From Mycobacterium leprae TN (GTDB lineage: Bacteria; Actinomycetota; Actinomycetes; Mycobacteriales; Mycobacteriaceae), in assembly GCF_000195855.1 (NCBI RefSeq), contig NC_002677.1, positions 1,170,001-1,202,000 of the forward strand: a stretch of DNA of 32,000 bases, given 5' to 3'. Positions 26,745-32,000 of the stretch are shown here, in pieces. The notes beneath the pieces were generated by a model, which worked only from the letters and a program-made list of their open reading frames with translations, was not told the DNA's origin and made no database searches. The translations under genes and the position numbers were made by a program. The number at the start of each line of letters is the position of its first letter. Within the stretch, counting starts at the first letter, position 1.

Positions 26745-26786
26745 TGTTCAACGGTAGCGACACTATGTTCAACGGTAGCGACACTA
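26745..26786. repeat. Exact 21-bp tandem duplication (tgttcaacggtagcgacacta x2)
   Basis: Read directly. It lies in a region with no recognisable intact gene. Confidence 0.95.
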
Positions 26787-27713
26787 AAGAGTTACGCTGG
26801 TGCGCTTGGGGCAACGTCGGATACACCCGGTATCGACTTGGGGTGGACGCGGCTGGTGCTATTATCGGCCGGGCAAGCTCAACAACGGGAGCAAGACTAC
26901 AAGAAAGAACTATAATCCGCATTACGAAATTCAACTATGACAGCCGCCAGTAATTCGAGAGTACGGCCGCTATGTACATCGTTGCTGGACTCTTGGGTAT
27001 CTCGTGTCGGCTGGCCGTCCCGGACCTGAACGGGTGCTGGCGTAGTTAGGCTAGGTGGCCTTTCTCAATATATTTTTATTCGTTTTTATTTTTATTTCTT
27101 TGTTACCTTTGATGGAATCCGTGTCTTGATTTGCTGCCCGCACTCGAAAGTGCGTTGAGTGCGGCTGGGCTGGTCTTGTTATGGTGGCTAATTCGCTGGG
27201 AATCAATGCAGCCGGCAAACACCGGATTTTTGGGGTTGCGGTATGGTCGCTGATCGGCCTACTATAGGGGGGGGAGTCCAAGGGGTATTTCCTGTTGGGA
27301 ATCTGGATGTTGTTGCTGTGGTCGGTGGAATTTCGTGGTGTCGATTCTGATTCGCCGGCCCACTTTTTGCCTATCTCGGGCTTGGGCCAGCAAGCGTGGT
27401 CATGGCTGACGCGAGAGCCCGGCGCAATATACGTATTCGACATCGCTATGCTTGGCTAGGTGTTGGTATTTGCTGCCCTGCTTTCGTGTTCCAGCGGTAA
27501 TCTCTACGATTCCGACTAGACTGGTTGGCTGGGGGAAGCGCGGATCGGGGTGGGTCCCCGCCGGATTGCGATAGCCGCGCTGGCTTTAATTAATAATTAT
27601 GCTCCAATCGAAGCCGCTCAGCGTGTCATATCGTCTTACCGGCGACGCTACTGACAGCGGCTGCGGCCACGCTCGCCGGCGGCGAGCTGGATATCGACGC
27701 TGGCTATGACTAG

Positions 27714-28330
27714 TTAGCCGCCGGGCGGCGAGCTGTTGGGCAGCAGTAGCTTGCGCAAATCGTCCTCGACCTAGGCAACCGCGATGAAGACCAAACTCGT
27801 CGCTCCCTTCCAACGGCTCGTCGGTCTCCGGCATGATGACCCGCGATCCGTTCAGGATGGTGACCAATGCGGCATCCCGTGGTAGTTGCAGTTTGCACAC
27901 CGGATTCCCTACGGCGTGTCGTCAGGCAGGGTGATCGCGACCAGGTTGGCTTGGGGCCCTTACGGGATTCCATTAGTCGAACGAGGTCGTCGATGGCGAC
28001 GGCCTCCTCGGTGTCGTCATCGCCACGCCACTGCGTTTTGGTTAATCCCTGTCCACCAAACTTATTTTTTTGGTTGGTATCTCACTGAGAGTGGAGGTAG
28101 TGATGACGAACCTTCTGCACAGGATCGGCTGTCATCTGGACCTGATACTGGTAAGTGTAACGTTGGGAACATTGTTGATTATGTTGGTGAGATTCACCAT
28201 CTCACTGTCCTTCGGTTCGATCAGTGATTGGTTCTTGTCGGCCACAATTCCGTTAGCCGTGATGAATCTTGCTGTCCTGTAATACTTCCGTGGTTGTGTC
28301 CAAATCTGTTACTGCATCTGCTGCCCATGC
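27714..28330 (-). pseudogene. ceoC: TrkA-family K+ uptake regulator pseudogene (CeoC/Rv2692 orthologue)
   Basis: The C-terminal half is strongly collinear across three frames: EEAVAIDDLVRLMESRKG / ANLVAITLPDDTP* / KLQLPRDAALVTILNGSRVIMPETDEPLEGSDE / LVFIAVA*VEDDLRKLLLP..*. The N-terminal half (28060-28330) is only weakly recognisable (..LIEPKD.., same spacing to FV(I/V)). Confidence 0.75.
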
Positions 28331-28339
28331 AAGAGTAGA

Positions 28340-28680
28340 TGCTGCTGTTAGGCAACGTATTCGACTAGTTGAATCTGGCACTACGTCAGGTTGGGTATTC
28401 TATACTGTATCCTTTGCTATCCGTTTTTGGATTATGTTCGACGGCAAGGTTTTTGTTAGGTAACTATGTGCTGGCGAAGTCCAGATGATTTTGATCATGA
28501 CAGCAATCAGCATTGGTCACTTTTGGGTGCAACGACATTCGCTTCTCTTACCAAAATATCTTGTTGGTCATGACTGTCTTCGCTCCAGTCATCTTGTACT
28601 ACGGACACTGCGGTACTGGCCAGCGCTGCTGGTGCGCCGCAACGAATTTTACTTTTTTCCATACTACCTGCTGCTCCTGA
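28340..28680 (-). pseudogene. Possible second TrkA-N (CeoB/Rv2691-like) remnant, shortened and heavily decayed
   Basis: Only weak Rossmann-like traces remain (MEKSKI/KVKFVAA...GAKTVMTNK). The position upstream of ceoC fits synteny. The segment is AT-rich with many stops. Confidence 0.25.
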
Positions 28681-28779
28681 CTACATTCTTGCTATTGACT
28701 AGTACCAATTCACATTGGCGTGCTGGCGGCGTTGTTGGTGTTGGATAAAGTCGACTCCGGAATTTTAATTGCACTGTGG

Positions 28780-29226
28780 TTTACCTTTGTACCGTTGACA
28801 ACGTTTATGCCTACCGGGTAATCGCCGTGCTTGTGGTGACGACGGTCTATGTAGTCGCGGCGACATCGTTCAGTGGCCTGCCGAGAGCCGGCCTGGTTCC
28901 CGCTCTGGATCCGATCGGACTGCTGGCCGGGTTGTAGACGGTGGTGACTCTATCGCTGGCCATAGCACTGACCAGCAAGAAAATTCAGGGCTTGGCCATG
29001 GTGTGTGCCCTTGGCAAAGCTCATCGCCAGACTGCCTTTGGCACCAAGGTTCATCAACTCCGGTTGGAACCTAACCTTCGACGTCCTTCCGCTTTACTGG
29101 GACGCCAAGGCGTTTTGGGTGTCCTGTGCCACTGGTATGTTATGGCCTTATCTGGCTGCTGGTTTTGATTACAACTTCGCTATCTCCTGGCTGATGTTTC
29201 GATCATTTCGTGCCAAGCACACCTGA
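28780..29226 (+). pseudogene. Possible ABC-2-type permease C-terminal remnant (Rv2686c-like)
   Basis: Hydrophobic fragments in two frames (VVTLSLAIALTSKK..; ..LPLAPRFINSGWNLTFDVLPLYWDAKAFWVS..WPYLAAGF..) end convergently 10 nt from the permease gene. The assignment rests mainly on position. Confidence 0.25.
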
Positions 29227-29236
29227 ATAACCGAGC

Positions 29237-30526
29237 TCAGCTCATCACGAGGTAACGCAACCATAAGTAGATCCCGGCGAGAGCGATCGAGATCACAGTG
29301 ACCGCAATGCCTTTGCGGGTGAATTCCCAGAACGAGATGGGAGTTCCTGCGCTCTTGGCGATTTCAAGCATAACGACATTGGCACTGGCGCCGACGGCGG
29401 TAAGGTTGCCGCCGAAATCGGCGCCCAACGCCAGCGCCCACCATAGGATGTCGGTGTGGCTTTGATCCGGCATGGATGCTACCAGCTCCGAGACAATGGG
29501 TGTCATCGTGGCGACGTAAGGAATGTTGTCTATGATACTGGATACTAGAGTTGAGACGCCGAGAGTCAGGACGACGGTGAGTAATTCGTGTCCACCAGTC
29601 AAGGTGGTCGTTGCCCGTGCCAGCTGATTGACCACATCGGTTTTCACCAAAGCCCCGACCATAATGAACAGGCCGGCGAAAAACAGCAATGTCTCCCACT
29701 TGACGCTGGACAGGTAATCGGACCGCTCCAACTTGGAGATCACGATCAGAATGCCGGCGCCCAGCATCCCCACCAGGGACGGCCCGGTGTGCAGCACCGG
29801 ATGGGCGATGAAGGCTACGAATACCAGCAACAAGACAACGCCGCATTTGATGAGCAGCCAGCGATCGCGGATTGCTTCACGCTCGTTCAGTGACATGATA
29901 TCGGCTACCCGCTCGGGATCGACCGCGAATGCGCCGCGAAAAAGGCGTGGCAGCAATGCACTGAGCACTACTGTCACGATGATCACGATCGGTGTCAGGT
30001 GGATTAGGAAGTCGTTGAAAGAGAATCCTGCTCGACTGGCGATGATGATGTTGGGCGGGTCGCCGACCAACGTCGCTGCGCCGCCGATGTTGGAGGCGAA
30101 GACTTCGGCCATCAGAAATGGTGCCGCATTGATTGTCAGGCGCTCGCACACCAACAGCGTGACCGGAGCAATCAAAAGCACCGTGGTGACGTTGTCCAGT
30201 AAGGCCGACCCGAGCGCCATCACTAGCACCAGTAGGAGCAGGATGCGCAGCGGGGAACCATGTGAGCGTTTGGCGGTCCAGATTGCGACGTATTCGAACA
30301 CACCGGTTTGGCGTAGCACACTGACGATGATCATCATGCTTAACAGCAAAAAGATGACTTCCCAATCGATTCCGGTTTCATGGGAGTAGAAGACGTCTTC
30401 GGAATTGATAATGGGCAAAGTGACCACGATCGCCGCGCCCGTCAGGGCCGCCAGCGTCTTGTTGACCCGATCGCTGGCGATTAGTGCATAGGTGACGATG
30501 AACACGGTGATCGCAATGACACTCAT
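29237..30526 (-). CDS. ArsB/NhaD-superfamily anion permease (Rv2684/Rv2685-like)
   Basis: 429-aa ORF, polytopic (about 11-12 TM), with family motifs ([15 protein letters not shown]; [19 protein letters not shown]; [24 protein letters not shown]). Confidence 0.9.
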   Translation of the reverse strand: MSVIAITVFIVTYALIASDRVNKTLAALTGAAIVVTLPIINSEDVFYSHETGIDWEVIFLLLSMMIIVSVLRQTGVFEYVAIWTAKRSHGSPLRILLLLVLVMALGSALLDNVTTVLLIAPVTLLVCERLTINAAPFLMAEVFASNIGGAATLVGDPPNIIIASRAGFSFNDFLIHLTPIVIIVTVVLSALLPRLFRGAFAVDPERVADIMSLNEREAIRDRWLLIKCGVVLLLVFVAFIAHPVLHTGPSLVGMLGAGILIVISKLERSDYLSSVKWETLLFFAGLFIMVGALVKTDVVNQLARATTTLTGGHELLTVVLTLGVSTLVSSIIDNIPYVATMTPIVSELVASMPDQSHTDILWWALALGADFGGNLTAVGASANVVMLEIAKSAGTPISFWEFTRKGIAVTVISIALAGIYLWLRYLVMS

Positions 30527-30578
30527 CTAGCTTCCTGCGCTGCTGTCAGCCGGTGACTTGTCACTGCATCGGTCGGGA

Positions 30579-31133
30579 TCAATGTTTCAGGGCCGCTCTT
30601 AGAAGGCGCGATGCTGTGATCACACCGAGCAGTTGTCCGCCTTTGACCACAGCGAGTAGAGGACTTCGCTGCCGTGACATGGTGGCGGCCACTTCGATGA
30701 TGGTATCGTCGGCGTTGACTGGGGAAACGTTGACAAGGTGGTCCGGTAAAACATCGCGGACTTTCTTGCTGCTCAACTTTTCCGCCGCCTGGTCGGCCGT
30801 CGACTCGTTGAGCACGCCAGCCAGCGAGGGATCATCCTGGATATACCGGGGCACAATGAATCGCACCACCTGGGATGCGGGCAGCACTGCGTAGGGCTTG
30901 TCAGACATATCGGTGACCAAGAGTCCAGGCAGGCCGTGCTCCGCAAGCATACGAGCAGCGTCCAGTGCGCTCGAATTGATGCTGATTGCCGGGAAGTCTT
31001 CGGCGATGTCCTCGGCGAGCATGCTATGACGATACGTCTGTGTGGTTCGTGGAGTGTGGGCGACATCGAGGCGAACTATATGATGTATTCCAGGATTGCA
31101 GGACACTGCTGTCGACCAGTATTCGTGACTCAC
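30579..31133 (-). CDS. CBS-domain pair protein (Rv2683 orthologue)
   Basis: The ORF is up to 184 aa; an internal ATG at 31022 would give 147 aa. It has two CBS motifs (..[20 protein letters not shown].., ..[34 protein letters not shown]). Confidence 0.85.
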   Translation of the reverse strand: MSHEYWSTAVSCNPGIHHIVRLDVAHTPRTTQTYRHSMLAEDIAEDFPAISINSSALDAARMLAEHGLPGLLVTDMSDKPYAVLPASQVVRFIVPRYIQDDPSLAGVLNESTADQAAEKLSSKKVRDVLPDHLVNVSPVNADDTIIEVAATMSRQRSPLLAVVKGGQLLGVITASRLLRAALKH

Positions 31134-31202
31134 CGCAGACTGACGCTACCAAAGCGGTGGCTCGGTTATCCGTTTGGTGCCCCCACCCTTGCGTTACCTG
31201 AG

Positions 31203-31208
31203 TACAAT
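31203..31208 (+). promoter_or_regulatory. Candidate -10 hexamer (TACAAT) positioned for a leaderless dxs transcript
   Basis: TACAAT is followed by exactly 6 nt and then the dxs ATG at 31215. No Shine-Dalgarno-like purine run lies in between. Confidence 0.4.
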
Positions 31209-31214
31209 AACGGA

Positions 31215-32000
31215 ATGCTGGAACAGATCCGCAGGCCCGCTGATCTGCAGCATCTTTCTCAGCAGCAGCTACGGGATCTGGCTGCCGAGATCCGTGAGCT
31301 CCTCGTTCACAAGGTGGCGGCCACCGGGGGACACTTGGGGCCGAACCTGGGTGTTGTCGAACTCACGCTGGCGTTGCACCGAGTGTTCGACTCACCGCAT
31401 GATCCGATTATCTTCGACACCGGTCACCAGGCGTACGTCCACAAAATGTTGACGGGACGCTGTCAGGACTTCGACAGTCTGCGTAAAAAGGCCGGGTTGT
31501 CGGGGTACCCGTCTCGCGCCGAGAGCGAACACGACTGGGTGGAGTCCAGCCACGCCAGCACGGCGTTATCGTACGCCGACGGTCTGGCTAAGGCATTCGA
31601 GCTGGCCGGAAACCGCAACCGACACGTAGTCGCGGTGGTTGGGGACGGCGCGCTTACCGGTGGTATGTGCTGGGAGGCGCTTAACAATATCGCAGCAACA
31701 CCGCGTCCGGTGGTCATCGTAGTCAATGACAATGGTCGCAGTTACGCGCCCACGATTGGCGGTGTAGCCGATCACCTCGCCACGCTGCGGCTGCAGCCGG
31801 CCTACGAGCGGCTACTTGAGAAGGGGCGTGATGCACTTCACTCTTTGCCGCTGATAGGCCAGATCGCTTACCGTTTCATGCACAGTGTCAAAGCCGGTAT
31901 CAAGGATTCCCTATCGCCGCAGCTGCTGTTCACCGATCTCGGGCTAAAGTATGTTGGCCCGGTTGATGGTCACGATGAACATGCGGTAGAGGTCGCGTTG
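31215..32000 (+). CDS. dxs: 1-deoxy-D-xylulose-5-phosphate synthase, N-terminal 262 codons (continues beyond the window)
   Basis: [82 protein letters not shown]...[19 protein letters not shown]...VVNDNGRSY. The frame is open to the window end and is missing from the ORF track only because it has no stop. Confidence 0.97.
   Translation, partial: MLEQIRRPADLQHLSQQQLRDLAAEIRELLVHKVAATGGHLGPNLGVVELTLALHRVFDSPHDPIIFDTGHQAYVHKMLTGRCQDFDSLRKKAGLSGYPSRAESEHDWVESSHASTALSYADGLAKAFELAGNRNRHVVAVVGDGALTGGMCWEALNNIAATPRPVVIVVNDNGRSYAPTIGGVADHLATLRLQPAYERLLEKGRDALHSLPLIGQIAYRFMHSVKAGIKDSLSPQLLFTDLGLKYVGPVDGHDEHAVEVAL

Noticed and set aside
4623-26786. The short tandem duplications taken as a CRISPR array or arrays
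   Set aside because: The copies are directly adjacent with no spacers and there are only two per site. The unit sequences are unrelated between sites and no cas genes are present.
27267-27274. G8 homopolymer taken as a phase-variation switch
   Set aside because: It lies in non-coding debris with no downstream intact gene, so no function can be attached to it.
27051-27443. 130-aa minus-strand ORF
   Set aside because: It has no motifs and runs through an AT-rich T-tract and a G8 run. Its composition is unlike the neighbouring real genes, and it sits in the debris region.
29733-30389. 218-aa plus-strand ORF, plus a 162-aa minus-strand ORF in another frame
   Set aside because: Both lie inside the ArsB-type permease gene, whose own frame gives a coherent 429-aa polytopic protein.

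Overview
This is a GC-rich mycobacterial chromosomal segment. Its gene order mirrors the Mycobacterium tuberculosis Rv2721c to Rv2682c region (orthologue numbers and reference protein sequences are recalled from memory; no search was run). Many orthologous positions hold multi-lesion pseudogenes or are deleted, which, together with a sigA (rpoT) gene carrying 3 copies of the GACATC hexamer, points to Mycobacterium leprae or a very close relative. Intact genes, in order: LGFP-repeat membrane protein, lexA, LysM protein (chiZ-like), nrdR, nitrobindin-like protein, PAC2-family protein, ideR, sigB, DUF3099-like, DUF3039-like, YihY/BrkB-family membrane protein, sigA, ppgK, suhB, LytR_C protein, DUF4193-like, DUF3093-like, dut, DUF3710-like, alpha/beta hydrolase, ArsB/NhaD-type permease, CBS protein and the 5' part of dxs. 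Pseudogenes supported by multi-frame collinearity: an esx (WXG100) pair, a serine recombinase remnant, PhzF-like (Rv2716), hydrolase (Rv2715), a trypsin-like protease, sthA, DUF952, RidA-like and trkA/ceoC. I see no rRNA, tRNA or CRISPR array, and no convincing novel multi-gene system. The best leads are: (i) six exact or near-exact two-copy tandem duplications of 17-24 bp, one of which frameshifts the sthA Rossmann motif; (ii) a conserved dual DNA-damage control region between lexA and the LysM gene (SOS boxes plus a RecA-independent promoter motif); (iii) a decayed esx/recombinase accessory island at the left edge; (iv) a collapsed, locally AT-enriched remnant region (26.4-29.2 kb) replacing about ten M. 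tuberculosis genes; (v) short repeat and palindrome arrays in two divergent promoter regions. Pseudogene boundaries are approximate.
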